Positions 31,337 to 49,393 of a stretch of DNA of 64,000 nucleotides are shown here, piece by piece. Every line of letters starts with the position of its first letter. Within the stretch, counting starts at the first letter, position 1. The notes beneath the pieces are model-generated. The model was not told the DNA's origin and searched no databases. It was given only the letters and a program-made list of their open reading frames with translations. Made by a program: the position numbers and the translations under genes. The stretch lies in the sequence record PQ615101; one strand, given 5' to 3'. Origin of the DNA: Shigella phage SP21535.

Positions 31337-32467
31337 ATGGCTTTTACAGTTGATATAACTCCTAAAACACCTACTGGAGTTATAGATCAGACTCAGCAGT
31401 TTACTGCTACACCCAGTGGTGAAACTGGAGGTGGAACTATTACCTATGCTTGGAGCGTAGATAATGCTCCCCAAGAAGGATCAGCAGCAACTTTTGATTA
31501 TGTATTAAAAGGACCTGCTGGTCAAAAGACTATTAAGGTAGTTGCAACAAATACTATTCCTGATTCTGAAGCTGAAACAGCTGAAATTAGTACAACTATC
31601 ACAGTTCAAAATAAAACACAGACAACTACATTAGCCGTAACTCCTGCTAGTCCTACTGCTGGAGTAATCGGAACAGCCGTTGAATTTACTGCTGCCTTAG
31701 CTTCTCAACCTGATGGAGCATCTGCTACGTATCAGTGGTATGTAGATGATTCACAAGTTGGTGGAGAAACTAACTCTACATTTAGCTATACTCCAACTAC
31801 AAGTGGAGTTAAAAAAATCAAGTGTGTAGCTCAAGTAACTGCGACAGATTATGATGCACTGAGCGTTACTTCTAATGAAGTATCATTAACGGTTAATAAG
31901 AAGACAATGAATCCACAGGTTACATTGACTCCTCCTTCTATTAACGTTCAGAAAGATGCTTCGGCTACATTTACCGCTAATGTTACTGATGCTCCAGAAG
32001 AAGCGCAAATTGCGTATTCATGGAAGAAAGATTCTTCTCCTGTAGAAGAGTCAACTAATGTATATACAGTTGATACTTCATCTGTTGGAAGTCAAACTAT
32101 TGAAGTTACTGCAACTGTTACTGCTGCTGATTATGATAGCAAAACTATTACAGCAACAGGTCAAGTTCAGGTAACTGATAAAGTTGCTCCAGAACCAGAA
32201 GGTGAATTACCTTATGTTCATCCTCTTCCACATCGTACTTCAGCTTATATCTGGTGCGGTTGGTGGGTTATGGATGAAATCCAAAAAATGACTGAAGAAG
32301 GTAAAGATTGGAAAACTGAAGATCCAGACAGTAAATACTATCTGCATCGTTACACTCTCCAGAAGATGATGAAAGACTATCCAGAAGTTGATGTTCAAGA
32401 ATCGCGCAATGGATACATCATTCATAAAACTGCTTTAGAAACTGGTATCATCTATACCTATCCATAA
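31337..32467 (+). CDS. hoc: Hoc, highly immunogenic outer capsid protein (Ig-like domains)
   Basis: 376 aa; repeated Ig-like modules and conserved capsid-binding C-terminus (...YIWCGWWVMDEIQKMTEEGKDWK...). Confidence 0.95.
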   Translation: MAFTVDITPKTPTGVIDQTQQFTATPSGETGGGTITYAWSVDNAPQEGSAATFDYVLKGPAGQKTIKVVATNTIPDSEAETAEISTTITVQNKTQTTTLAVTPASPTAGVIGTAVEFTAALASQPDGASATYQWYVDDSQVGGETNSTFSYTPTTSGVKKIKCVAQVTATDYDALSVTSNEVSLTVNKKTMNPQVTLTPPSINVQKDASATFTANVTDAPEEAQIAYSWKKDSSPVEESTNVYTVDTSSVGSQTIEVTATVTAADYDSKTITATGQVQVTDKVAPEPEGELPYVHPLPHRTSAYIWCGWWVMDEIQKMTEEGKDWKTEDPDSKYYLHRYTLQKMMKDYPEVDVQESRNGYIIHKTALETGIIYTYP

Positions 32468-32472
32468 TCTTA

Positions 32473-32499
32473 GGGGCTTCGGCCCCTTTCTTCATTTTG
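32473..32499 (+). terminator. Rho-independent terminator (ggggcttcggcccc plus T-run)
   Basis: Perfect GC stem with ttcg loop followed by TTTCTTCATTTT. Confidence 0.7.
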
Positions 32500-32555
32500 A
32501 AAGCACACAAAACACAATCAGAAAATGATGTATATAATGGCACCAACTCGATAAC

Positions 32556-32771
32556 ATGAGATTGATTATGAGAACTGAGGTTGTGGTGTTTACTCTTCAT
32601 GAGTCTGGAAAGTCATTCATTGAAATTGCTCGTGAATTGAACTTACAGGCGAAAGAAGTGGCTGTATTGTGGGCTCGAGCTATGACTGCTAAGAATAAAT
32701 TTGAAACTCGAGAAAAAGTTGTCTATAGAAAAAGGCATATTAATAAAAAGGTGAAAAATGGAACAGTATGA
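32556..32771 (+). CDS. Hypothetical protein (71 aa; alternative start at 32568)
   Basis: ORF upstream of rnlB, in an operon arrangement. Confidence 0.5.
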   Translation: MRLIMRTEVVVFTLHESGKSFIEIARELNLQAKEVAVLWARAMTAKNKFETREKVVYRKRHINKKVKNGTV

Positions 32772-33036
32772 TCTTTATGAAAATGAATCTTTTGCTAATC
32801 AATTACGCGAAAAAGCACTTAAAAGTAAACAGTTTAAACTAGAGTGTTTTATTAAAGATTTTTCGGAACTTGCTAATAAAGCAGCTGAACAAGGTAAAAC
32901 ATATTTTAGTTATTATTGTACCGCTCGCGATAAATTGATTACTGAAGAAATTGGTGATTGGCTGAGAAAAGAAGGATTTAGCTTTAAAGTCAATAGTGAT
33001 CAGCGTGATGGTAATTGGTTAGAAATTACATTTTGA
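32758..33036 (+). CDS. Hypothetical protein (92 aa)
   Basis: ORF with SD (aaaggtgaaaaATG). Confidence 0.6.
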   Translation: MEQYDLYENESFANQLREKALKSKQFKLECFIKDFSELANKAAEQGKTYFSYYCTARDKLITEEIGDWLRKEGFSFKVNSDQRDGNWLEITF

Positions 33037-33045
33037 GGATTAATT

Positions 33046-34050
33046 ATGTTTAAAAAGTATAGCAGTCTTGAAAATCATTACAATTCTAAATTCATTGAAA
33101 AACTTTACAGTTTAGGATTGACTGACGGCGAATGGGTAGCTCGTGAAAAGATTCATGGCACAAATTTCTCACTGATTATTGAACGCGATAAAGCAACTTG
33201 TGCTAAACGTACTAGACCGATTCTTCCTGCTGAAGATTTCTTTGGGTATGAAATTATTTTAAAGAATTACGCTGATTCCATTAAAGCAGTGCAAGATATT
33301 ATGGAAACTTCAGCAGTTGTATCTTATCAAGTTTTTGGCGAATTCGCTGGACCTGGCATTCAGAAGAATGTCGATTATGGCGATAAAGATTTTTATGTAT
33401 TTGACATTATTGTTACTACGGAAAGTGGTGATGTGACTTATGTCGATGATTATATGATGGAATCATTCTGTAATACATTTAAATTTAAAATGGCTCCACT
33501 TTTAGGTCGCGGTAAATTTGAAGAACTTATTAAATTGCCAAATGATTTAGATTCTGTCGTCCAGGATTATAATTTTACAGTAGACCATGCTGGATTAGTT
33601 GATGCAAATAAATGTGTTTGGAATGCCGAAGCAAAAGGCGAAGTATTTACCGCTGAAGGATATGTATTGAAACCTTGTTATCCTTCTTGGCTGCCTAATG
33701 GCAATCGTGTCGCTATTAAATGCAAGAACTCTAAATTTAGCGAAAAGAAAAAGTCTGATAAGCCTATTAAAGCTAAAGTTGAGTTGTCAGAAGCTGATAA
33801 TAAATTGCTGGGAATTTTAGCTTGTTACGTTACACTGAACCGAGTAAATAACGTTATTTCTAAAATTGGCGAAATTAGTCCGAAGGATTTTGGAAAGGTG
33901 ATGGGACTAACTGTTCAAGATATTTTGGAAGAAACTTCTCGTGAAGGTATTACTATAACTCAAGCGGATAATCCTTCTTTGATTAAAAAGGAATTAGTTA
34001 AAATGGTACAAGATGTACTTCGTCCGGCTTGGATTGAATTGGTAAGTTAA
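33046..34050 (+). CDS. rnlB: RNA ligase 2
   Basis: 334 aa; nucleotidyltransferase motif I EKIHGTNF. Confidence 0.95.
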   Translation: MFKKYSSLENHYNSKFIEKLYSLGLTDGEWVAREKIHGTNFSLIIERDKATCAKRTRPILPAEDFFGYEIILKNYADSIKAVQDIMETSAVVSYQVFGEFAGPGIQKNVDYGDKDFYVFDIIVTTESGDVTYVDDYMMESFCNTFKFKMAPLLGRGKFEELIKLPNDLDSVVQDYNFTVDHAGLVDANKCVWNAEAKGEVFTAEGYVLKPCYPSWLPNGNRVAIKCKNSKFSEKKKSDKPIKAKVELSEADNKLLGILACYVTLNRVNNVISKIGEISPKDFGKVMGLTVQDILEETSREGITITQADNPSLIKKELVKMVQDVLRPAWIELVS

Positions 34051-34057
34051 ATAAAAA

Positions 34058-34081
34058 GGGACCTTTTGGTCCCTTTGTTTT
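34058..34081. terminator. Bidirectional terminator (gggaccttttggtccc) between rnlB and gene 24
   Basis: Perfect stem-loop with T-tracts on both strands. Confidence 0.65.
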
Positions 34082-35363
34082 ATTCATCAACGATAATTTT
34101 TGGTAATTTAACACCTAATAAAACAGACAAATCTGAACGACCCGCCATTTTATCCATGTCTCCACCATCAATTATTCTTGCTTCTTTTTCATCTTTTGCT
34201 ACAGTGTAAGGATTTGCAGATAAAGCATATCTAACCAATAAACCGATAGATGGTTGTAAGCTTTCTGGATCAACTACAACTTTAAATGCACCTACATGTT
34301 CAGGGTCATCTAAGTCAAGACCTTCTGTATACGGAGCATAGAAAATTGATCCAACAATTTCTTTTTCGCCAATATTTTCTACTACACCAACGATTACATA
34401 ATCTAATGGGCTGTTAGTATCGCAATAAAGCGGTAAACCATTAGCTAAGAACCCGTAGGCATTTTGTGAAAGATATTTATCATCTTCTGGTTTATGTTTT
34501 AACCAACCTGATGCAGCAAGAATCGCAGCAGCACGAGCTGAAGCAACACAGAACGTTGCAGTATAAGTTGATTCTTTTTGGATATGCGAAACCATTTCAC
34601 ATACCATTCGGTATAATGAACGACCAGCTTCAGGTGCAGATGCATAACTCAAATCAATGAATCCAGTATCAGTAATTCCTGTAACTTTATAGCGTTTTGA
34701 CACTGTAATCAAAGACTGTAGAATATCTTTATTGATTTCATCCGCCATTTCAGTTGCAAGCAAATCTTCCAAGAAATTAGGAGCATCGAATCCATTTGCT
34801 TCTAAATCTTGTGCTAATTCAACTGTAATGCCAGTTTTAAGTTTACGAGATTTAACTGCGGTTTGCCATTTATTAATCTGGAATCTAGCATCAGCAATTT
34901 CGCTATCAGAGCTTTCAAATTTGCTCGTTGACGCTGCGTCAGAAAATAGACGAACCTTTAAAAGAACAATTGCAATCTGAAGAGCTAGTTCTAAATCGCT
35001 TTCTTCAATGGTAGCAAATGGTGTATCTTCTAATACTTTATAAACGATATTATTATATTTGAATAAATCGCCTTTATTGAGAGTTAATTTAGACTCTTCT
35101 GTTAATTCTGTGATTTGTTCTCGGTCTACATACCCAGCTTCGCCAGCGTAAGTAGCACCAGTTTTAAACGTAAATTCGTTGTCTGGGTTAAGGTATTTGA
35201 TACCATAAAAAGCAGCAACAGGTTGATTAGTTCTTTGCGTTGCTACAATGTCAGAATATATTAATTTAGTGGTAGCGCGAGTCAAAGCAACGAGATTTGG
35301 GCGACCGATTGAGTTGCTATTCGTTGTGGTTGATTCGCGCAGAAGTTCGTTGATTTTAGCCAT
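34080..35363 (-). CDS. 24: Head vertex protein
   Basis: 427 aa, paralog-like similarity to the major capsid protein fold; synteny with 23. Confidence 0.9.
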   Translation of the reverse strand: MAKINELLRESTTTNSNSIGRPNLVALTRATTKLIYSDIVATQRTNQPVAAFYGIKYLNPDNEFTFKTGATYAGEAGYVDREQITELTEESKLTLNKGDLFKYNNIVYKVLEDTPFATIEESDLELALQIAIVLLKVRLFSDAASTSKFESSDSEIADARFQINKWQTAVKSRKLKTGITVELAQDLEANGFDAPNFLEDLLATEMADEINKDILQSLITVSKRYKVTGITDTGFIDLSYASAPEAGRSLYRMVCEMVSHIQKESTYTATFCVASARAAAILAASGWLKHKPEDDKYLSQNAYGFLANGLPLYCDTNSPLDYVIVGVVENIGEKEIVGSIFYAPYTEGLDLDDPEHVGAFKVVVDPESLQPSIGLLVRYALSANPYTVAKDEKEARIIDGGDMDKMAGRSDLSVLLGVKLPKIIVDE

Positions 35364-35391
35364 TGCGCTTTCCTTTCAGTTTATATGATTT

Positions 35392-35399
35392 ATTTATAC
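35392..35399 (-). promoter_or_regulatory. Late promoter (TATAAATA, minus strand) upstream of gene 24
   Basis: Plus-strand TATTTATA about 30 nt upstream of the gene 24 start. Confidence 0.5.
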
Positions 35400-35400
35400 C

Positions 35401-35431
35401 ATAAAAACAACTAAAGGGACCCGAAGGTCCC
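35401..35431 (-). terminator. Terminator after gene 23 (gggacccgaaggtccc plus T-rich tract on minus strand)
   Basis: Perfect hairpin; minus strand downstream reads TTTAGTTGTTTTTAT. Confidence 0.6.
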
Positions 35432-35446
35432 TTAAATCGTCAAAGA

Positions 35447-37012
35447 TTAGATACCTTTAACATATACACGTCTAAAGTAAGCGTTTTTACCAAGGCTATT
35501 CAGAATAGAAGGCATACCGCTCTGGATGCGAGAAGCCGGAGCCTGAGCAGCGGATTCTGCAAATGGGTTGATACCGATACCGTAACGAGTTTTGAATCCC
35601 ATTACCGGTTGGAAGTTCTTCGGATCGGAACCACGCAGCGGAGTCAGAGCTACATATGGAGCATAGTAAATACCAGCATCCATTTCGTTCGGACCTTTAT
35701 AACCTACAGTGAAATAATCCTGTTTAGCATACTGGTCGATATATACACGGTATTTACCACCCAGAACACCAGCAAATACTGACTTGGTAGTATCAGTGTT
35801 AAAGCCGGTAGCCAGACCCTGTGCAGCATAAGAAATGCCGGTATCAACTGAAGCCAGAACGTTAACTACGTTACGGGAAGCGATAATGAAGTTACCTTCG
35901 CCGCGACCAGTCTGACGAGCAATTTCAACTGCTTCTTTGTCAATCTGGAACAACAGAGCTTTAAAGGATTCACCCGCCCAGCGAGCACCACGAATATCAA
36001 TCGGATCCTGGAAGTCAAATACACCAGCTTTAGAACCTGGAGTCAGGGTCATACCAGATTTACCAACCTGAGCTGAGTAGTTAATCCAATCAACAACTTC
36101 ACGGTTGATTTCCAGCATGATTTCTGTAGCCAGAATACCAGACAGTTCAGCATCAGCATCCATACCGTGAACAGCGCGGAGGTCTTGTGCTAATTCGATA
36201 GAGTAAGCAGCTTTCAGCTGGCGAGATTTAGCTTCGATAACTTGTTTATCGATACGGAAGCCCATTTCATTCCATGGGTTATCGGTAGAACCGTTGAAAC
36301 TTTCCTGAAGTTCAGCGATAGAAGTAGCCATACCTTCAGCGATTTCTACCAGTGCACCAGCTTCCATTTGTTTCTTAATTTCAGCATCTAATTTAGCTGC
36401 ATCAGTTGCGCTTGAACTAATTGTTACTACAGCGGAAGCTTGCAGATACACAGTACCAGTGTCCTGGAAGAAGTGAGTATAGATATCACCTACAACGGTT
36501 TGTGTGCTAGCAGCCAGAGCTGTGAATTTCTTAGCAGCACCCTGACCAGAGAACATTGCATCTGGACCATACATTGGGTGGAATGCTTCTTTAGCACCGG
36601 AAGCGATTGGGTCTTTACCGTATACTGCGCGCATTGCGAATACCTGGCCAGTCGGGCTGTTCATCGGCTGAACACCGCAAATATCGAAAGCAATCAGGTT
36701 AGGAATAGCACGACGTACCATACCCATAACAGCTGGGCCAATCTGAGTTACTGCGCCAGAAGTCTGACCTGCAGCGATGTTGGTAGCATTGTAACCGTGG
36801 TCACCACCGATTTCAGCTTCTGTTAAGAAAGAACCGAATGCCTGAGCAATTTTTTCGTCTTTATATTCCGGAGCTGTCTGGAAATCTTTTTCCTGGTTTT
36901 CAAAGATTTTAGCGATAATCGCTTGTTTGCTATTAGCAATTTCCGGTAAACCTTCACCTTCCAGTAATGGCTTCCATTTGTTCAAAAGTTCAGCTTTAGT
37001 TTTGATAGTCAT
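35447..37012 (-). CDS. 23: Major capsid protein
   Basis: 521 aa, MTIKTKAELLNKWKPLLEGEGLPEIANSKQAIIAKIFENQEKDFQ... Confidence 0.95.
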   Translation of the reverse strand: MTIKTKAELLNKWKPLLEGEGLPEIANSKQAIIAKIFENQEKDFQTAPEYKDEKIAQAFGSFLTEAEIGGDHGYNATNIAAGQTSGAVTQIGPAVMGMVRRAIPNLIAFDICGVQPMNSPTGQVFAMRAVYGKDPIASGAKEAFHPMYGPDAMFSGQGAAKKFTALAASTQTVVGDIYTHFFQDTGTVYLQASAVVTISSSATDAAKLDAEIKKQMEAGALVEIAEGMATSIAELQESFNGSTDNPWNEMGFRIDKQVIEAKSRQLKAAYSIELAQDLRAVHGMDADAELSGILATEIMLEINREVVDWINYSAQVGKSGMTLTPGSKAGVFDFQDPIDIRGARWAGESFKALLFQIDKEAVEIARQTGRGEGNFIIASRNVVNVLASVDTGISYAAQGLATGFNTDTTKSVFAGVLGGKYRVYIDQYAKQDYFTVGYKGPNEMDAGIYYAPYVALTPLRGSDPKNFQPVMGFKTRYGIGINPFAESAAQAPASRIQSGMPSILNSLGKNAYFRRVYVKGI

Positions 37013-37030
37013 TTGTGTTAACCTTTAAAA

Positions 37031-37840
37031 TTAGAAACGAGATGCGACTTTCGCATATACACTTACAATATCTTCTGCACCCTGTGCAGCTTTATCTTCT
37101 ACAGCTTCAGTGACGAAATTCAGTCCGGCTGCTTCAGTATCAGGAGTATTTATACTCTCAGTAATAGTGCTTTCATCTTTATTAGATTTCTTCACCATTT
37201 CTACGATTGCACTCAATTTACTTGAGAATTCATCTGAATAATCCATACCTTCGACCAGAGCAGAGACTTTTTCTTTTTGAGACTCAGTCAGATCTTTAGT
37301 ACTTTCGCTCAATGCCACTTCACGCTGCACATAATTGATATATGCGTCACGCTTATTGAGTTCTTCGAACAGACGAGCTGATTCTTCTTTATGTTCTTGC
37401 AGCTCTTCTTCCATTTCAGCTACAATATCAACTGATTCTTCTGGAACAACAACGTTGTGTTCAACAAAGAGCTCTTTTAATCCACCAAGCATGGATTCAA
37501 ACAGTTCGGCTTTGATGCCTTTATCAACTGCTAATTTATTTTCAGCGAGCCATTCTTTTGCAAGATGGTCAATGAATTTAGAAGCTTGCTCAGCGATTTT
37601 CTTCTCAGCTTTTTCTTCGGCTTCTTCTTTATTTTTTTCTACTTCTTCTTCTGCTTTTTCAGCAATTTTAGCGATATGAGATTCAGCTAATTTAACGGCG
37701 TGCTGCTTGACGGTAGCTTCGAATACAGTGCCGAAAGTTTCTTTTGCTTCCGGAGAAATATTAACTGATTCGAAAATACTATCAAGAGCAACGGAAGCAT
37801 CAATTTTTTGCGCTTCAGCAATCAGTTGTTCTTTAAGCAT
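37031..37840 (-). CDS. 22: Prohead core scaffold protein
   Basis: 269 aa, highly charged helical scaffold. Confidence 0.9.
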   Translation of the reverse strand: MLKEQLIAEAQKIDASVALDSIFESVNISPEAKETFGTVFEATVKQHAVKLAESHIAKIAEKAEEEVEKNKEEAEEKAEKKIAEQASKFIDHLAKEWLAENKLAVDKGIKAELFESMLGGLKELFVEHNVVVPEESVDIVAEMEEELQEHKEESARLFEELNKRDAYINYVQREVALSESTKDLTESQKEKVSALVEGMDYSDEFSSKLSAIVEMVKKSNKDESTITESINTPDTEAAGLNFVTEAVEDKAAQGAEDIVSVYAKVASRF

Positions 37841-37867
37841 TTTGTAGTCCTGTTGTTTAGATAATAA

Positions 37868-37875
37868 TATTTATA
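37868..37875 (-). promoter_or_regulatory. Late promoter (TATAAATA, minus strand) upstream of gene 22
   Basis: Plus-strand TATTTATA about 30 nt upstream of the gene 22 start. Confidence 0.5.
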
Positions 37876-38509
37876 ACGCTTTTTTCATGGCCTCTGCGAG
37901 AGCCATATAGGCGTCATCGGCACTTGTATCGGCTTCCGCCGTCTGTGATTCGGTAATTTCCTTAGGAGTTACCCATGCATCTGGAGCACTTGGACCCCAT
38001 ACCGCATCAACACCTACAGTTAATTTGAATCCTTCGTTTACGATACGATAACCTTTATTTGTGTCAGTCAATGAACCTAATCCACGAGAAGAAACTCCTG
38101 GAATCCATCCGGCACGAATATTAGCTGCTAATTTATCTCCAGGACCATGGTCACCTTCAATAACACGAGCTCGTCCGTATACGTCATTTCCTTTCCACCA
38201 CATATCTTCTATAATGATAGCGGCTTGCATCGGGTCAACATTAGCGCGTGGAGGATGATTTAATTCTCCGAGAGCTTGTTTAGTTAAAACTTGCTCATTA
38301 ATATAGTCTTTTACCGCTTTTTCTAATATACGTTTTGGATAAAGACGTTTATTTCTATTGACAACTTCCGCTTGCATGAATATTCCTTCGATGTATAAAC
38401 CCGGTTTTAAACCTAAGTCTTTTCCATCGTGGGATTCAAGCATTGGCACACCATCAATAATTTCGCCAGGTTGACCCCAAGTTTCAATTAGTAATTGGGG
38501 TTCATTCAT
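37871..38509 (-). CDS. 21: Prohead core protease
   Basis: 212 aa, [42 protein letters not shown]... Confidence 0.9.
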   Translation of the reverse strand: MNEPQLLIETWGQPGEIIDGVPMLESHDGKDLGLKPGLYIEGIFMQAEVVNRNKRLYPKRILEKAVKDYINEQVLTKQALGELNHPPRANVDPMQAAIIIEDMWWKGNDVYGRARVIEGDHGPGDKLAANIRAGWIPGVSSRGLGSLTDTNKGYRIVNEGFKLTVGVDAVWGPSAPDAWVTPKEITESQTAEADTSADDAYMALAEAMKKAL

Positions 38510-38934
38510 TAGCTTAATCCTAATGCTTTACGGCGTTTAAGAGCTTTTTTACGCTTACGCTGAGCACGAGATTGACCTGCTGGATTGGCAATCTTCGTTT
38601 TGGTAGCTTTGCGAGCAATTTGTCTACGTTTTGCTTTAGACAGCCCAGTGGTTTGAAATGCATTACGTTCGCGTGTTTTGCGGTCTTTAGTACGTGTAAT
38701 TTCACCACGAGCTGAAACATGCTTAACAATGAATTCATTTAACGGCATATTTTCATTAATAGAAGCTAATGCAACTGCTAAATCAGTTTCATCATCAAGC
38801 ATATTCTCGACAATTGTATTTATATCGTCTTTATTTAAAGCAGAAGACAATTCGTCAAAGCGACCCTGTGCTTCAGGAATAAGTGCTTCGACATTCTCGA
38901 GAACTAATTCATGAGTTTCAGGGATCAGAAGCAT
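38509..38934 (-). CDS. 68: Prohead core protein
   Basis: 141 aa, basic C-terminus; synteny between 67 and 21. Confidence 0.8.
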
Positions 38935-39181
38935 TATTCATCATCCTCGTCTTCGTCATCTTCGTCAGAGTCTTTGTCTTTTTTGTCGTCTTTATCATCA
39001 CTATCTTCGTCTTCGTCATCATCCTCGTCTTCAGGTTCTTCACCTTCGATTAAGAAATTACGAGCGATAGCGATTTTTTCTTCTTTAATTAAATCAATCG
39101 TTCTTGCAGCCATGGCTTCAGCAAATAATTTACGAGCGGCTACGAGGTCGTTTGATTTAATAGCTTCAATTAAACCTTCCA

Positions 39182-39182
<1 letters not shown>
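38934..39182 (-). CDS. 67: Prohead core protein, extremely acidic C-terminus
   Basis: 82 aa ending in a D/E-rich tract ([35 protein letters not shown]). Confidence 0.8.
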
Positions 39183-40777
<1,595 letters not shown>

Positions 40778-40786
40778 TTATAGTTA

Positions 40787-40794
40787 TATTTATA
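40787..40794 (-). promoter_or_regulatory. Late promoter (TATAAATA, minus strand) upstream of gene 20
   Basis: Plus-strand TATTTATA about 30 nt upstream of the gene 20 start. Confidence 0.5.
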
Positions 40795-40841
40795 ATGGAC
40801 TTCTCTGCTTTAAGCAGGATGGGGATTTCTCCCCATTCATT

Positions 40842-41333
40842 TTATTCCCAATAATCGAGAGCAAGAGTTACTTCAAATGTTTGGATTTCATTGTTTGAAT
40901 CCCAATCTAATTGAAGTTCACCCACGTTAGTAGGCCACAAGCCTTTAATTTCGATTTCTTTTGTTACTGTTTTAGCGTCACGAGCATATTGACGAACGAT
41001 AGCGCTCTTTTTATACTCTGCAGGTTTTCCACCAGTAATTTCGTTTCCTTGCCCCGCAGCAATGCTTTGCCAATCAACGAACTTCTGACGAGCATCATGA
41101 GCTTCATCGTTCATTACTGTAACAGTCCAGTCATCGAATGTACGATCGCCTGCTACATTAATTTTACGGTTCATAAATCCGACTGGAATTTTTTCTACAA
41201 TACCAGCTGGTAAAGCAGTGGCTTTACACTGAAACGTAAAATTTTGTCCAAGATAAGAAATTTCTACTTGGAATAAGTTAGGTCGAGCAAAATCACCAGA
41301 TTCAAACGCTCGTGTTACATCATCTACAAACAT
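40842..41333 (-). CDS. 19: Tail tube protein
   Basis: 163 aa; synteny downstream of the tail sheath gene. Confidence 0.9.
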   Translation of the reverse strand: MFVDDVTRAFESGDFARPNLFQVEISYLGQNFTFQCKATALPAGIVEKIPVGFMNRKINVAGDRTFDDWTVTVMNDEAHDARQKFVDWQSIAAGQGNEITGGKPAEYKKSAIVRQYARDAKTVTKEIEIKGLWPTNVGELQLDWDSNNEIQTFEVTLALDYWE

Positions 41334-41347
41334 ATTAGCCTCTGTAG

Positions 41348-41355
41348 TATTTATA
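41348..41355 (-). promoter_or_regulatory. Late promoter (TATAAATA, minus strand) upstream of gene 19
   Basis: Plus-strand TATTTATA; a second copy lies at 41407-41414. Confidence 0.5.
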
Positions 41356-41415
41356 TCCCTATGTTTAACCTAGGGCATATAGAATTAAAGAATTAAGGAT
41401 ATAGTGTATTTATAT

Positions 41416-41433
41416 GGCCTGCCGAAACAGGCC
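41416..41433 (-). terminator. Hairpin (ggcctg ccgaaa caggcc) after gene 18; partial terminator or RNA-processing site
   Basis: 6-bp GC stem immediately after the gene 18 stop and before the gene 19 late promoters. Confidence 0.4.
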
Positions 41434-41449
41434 TTTAGAATGCACCGTA

Positions 41450-43429
41450 TTAACCTGCAAGACCAGTTAACTCGTCGAAATCTGCACCAGTAGCAGTTGC
41501 GACGAAATTAAGTTGGATATAATTTATACTTCTAGCCGGTTGGATGTAGAATGTTGCAACAAACTCATTTCTATCAATTACTGACGGAGTGTTATTTGTT
41601 GTATCGCAAACTACACGATATTCATAAATTCCACCGAGAGCTTTAATTCCCTGTAAGTATTGGGCAGTTTCTGTGCGGAACGATGAACGGGTAAACGCGT
41701 TGTTTAATTCGAACAAACGATATTTTGAACTACGTCCGATATTCGTTTTCAACATATTAAACAGACGACGAACGTTAATACGATCAAATGGAGAAGGAAC
41801 AGAAGTAGCTGTTTTATCACCATACAATACGTAACCATCACCACCTGTACCGGTTACCGGGTTGATAGCTTCTTGGTATAAACGGTCGCGCTGAGCCTGG
41901 CGAGTTTCAATAGCAAGTTTAATAACATTAAGAATCTGGCCACGATTATAACCAGCCGGAGACATCCAAGTCTGAGAAACGTTATCTGTTCTCGCGCATA
42001 AACCAGCAATATCAGCTGCTAATGGAACCCAACGATTCACATCATTATATTTGTCATACTGATACTTGTAGTTACCATCAATTGCTGCGTAGGTTGAACT
42101 GATATTAAAGTTATTATCAGTATATGAACCTGTCGCAGTTCTCCAATTGACTAAGTTATCGACAGCACGAGTTACAGGAATTCCAACTACAGTTTCGCGC
42201 GGCGGTGAGCACAATACTAAGCAATCTTGGCGAGCATCACCAATTGAAACGACGTGTTTTTGGACAGTAGATGCTGTTTCTAAAGATTCGCCGGCGCAAG
42301 AACCCGCAATAAACAACTGAACATCAACAGATTCGCGGTCAGCAAAGAAGTCCCAAGCTTCCATCAAATCTCCTGCTGTTACTTCAGCATTTGATGATAA
42401 TCCGCCAGACAAAGTTAAAATTCCAGAGAAACCTTCTGGCCAGTTTTGTGCAGTTGCGAAAATATATTCTGAACCACCTTTTGCGAAAAAGTCATCGATA
42501 TAGATGTTACTATCGTAAATATCTTTTTCACCACGCTTAGTTGAAAGAACAACGCTTTGAACAATAGCATCATTGCGACGAACTATAATAGCGTACTGTG
42601 AATCAGTTTGTGGTCCATATCCAAACACAGCTTTAGCAGTAGATGCACGAGTACCACCGCCTGGATAAATTGGCAGTAATGCAGAAGCCCCTTTTGCGTA
42701 GTCAGCTTTAGATACGATTTCAATTTCAATTTTATCGCCTAATTCGCCTGGATAAAGAGCTACTACTCCTGGAATTCCATATTTTTCGAGATTTGCTTGA
42801 AAGCCAACCTCTGTCATAGCAGCTTCAGCATTTTCAATTTCAGCTAATAAAATACCAGAATCAGTAATAATTTTTCCAAGAGTTATTACTGCAGCTAAAC
42901 CAGAGGAAGATGAAGAAATTTCCACGGTCCAGTTAGAACCTAATTCTGGATATTCACCGACTTCTTTAGCTTTAGCGATAATTTTTGCAGTAGGAATATT
43001 AATTTTCTTAATTTTTCCATCTGTGTCTACTTCAGTAATTTTACCTTCAGTTTCAATAGCATCTGAAACATATTTGACCGTGATTTTATCTCCAACCGCG
43101 TAGTTACTACCTGGGGTAGAAATAGTGTATTCAATATTACCGGCAATTGGAGATGAGTTTTTAGCGGTATCTCTATCGACAGCACGCACAACTCGCAAAT
43201 CATTTCCGTATTGCAAGAAATTCATTGCAGACATAAAATAGTCAGCAGTTTCAGCTGTAGGTTGACCAAAAGTATTAACTAAATCTACTTCATTTGTAAC
43301 CTGTTTAATCTGAAAAGCAGGACCCCACTGGAATTTACCGGCCAAAGCTGCTGTACCAGTAGAGTTATTAACCACGGTGCTTTGAACCGTGGTTTCTTTG
43401 AGCTCAATGCCCGGAGATAATAAAGTCAT
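41450..43429 (-). CDS. 18: Tail sheath protein
   Basis: 659 aa, MTLLSPGIELKETTVQSTVVNNSTGTAALAGKFQWGP... Confidence 0.95.
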   Translation of the reverse strand: MTLLSPGIELKETTVQSTVVNNSTGTAALAGKFQWGPAFQIKQVTNEVDLVNTFGQPTAETADYFMSAMNFLQYGNDLRVVRAVDRDTAKNSSPIAGNIEYTISTPGSNYAVGDKITVKYVSDAIETEGKITEVDTDGKIKKINIPTAKIIAKAKEVGEYPELGSNWTVEISSSSSGLAAVITLGKIITDSGILLAEIENAEAAMTEVGFQANLEKYGIPGVVALYPGELGDKIEIEIVSKADYAKGASALLPIYPGGGTRASTAKAVFGYGPQTDSQYAIIVRRNDAIVQSVVLSTKRGEKDIYDSNIYIDDFFAKGGSEYIFATAQNWPEGFSGILTLSGGLSSNAEVTAGDLMEAWDFFADRESVDVQLFIAGSCAGESLETASTVQKHVVSIGDARQDCLVLCSPPRETVVGIPVTRAVDNLVNWRTATGSYTDNNFNISSTYAAIDGNYKYQYDKYNDVNRWVPLAADIAGLCARTDNVSQTWMSPAGYNRGQILNVIKLAIETRQAQRDRLYQEAINPVTGTGGDGYVLYGDKTATSVPSPFDRINVRRLFNMLKTNIGRSSKYRLFELNNAFTRSSFRTETAQYLQGIKALGGIYEYRVVCDTTNNTPSVIDRNEFVATFYIQPARSINYIQLNFVATATGADFDELTGLAG

Positions 43430-43457
43430 TTTTAATCCTCTTTAATATGCTTTAATA

Positions 43458-47618
<4,161 letters not shown>

Positions 47619-47659
47619 GATTTCTCCTAATCTGGGCTTTAATTAGTTTATAATATTTA

Positions 47660-49361
<1,702 letters not shown>

Positions 49362-49374
49362 TTAAAAATCCTTT

Positions 49375-49390
49375 GGGGCCTTGCGGCCCC
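49375..49390 (-). terminator. Hairpin (ggggccttgcggcccc) between wac and gene 13
   Basis: Perfect 6-bp GC stem immediately after the wac stop. Confidence 0.4.
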
Positions 49391-49393
49391 ATG

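Noticed and set aside
36440-36826. 128-aa plus-strand ORF inside gene 23
   Set aside because: Antisense to the major capsid gene; no independent support.
37335-37679. 114-aa Ser-rich plus-strand ORF
   Set aside because: Antisense to prohead scaffold gene 22; an artefact of the charged repetitive codons.
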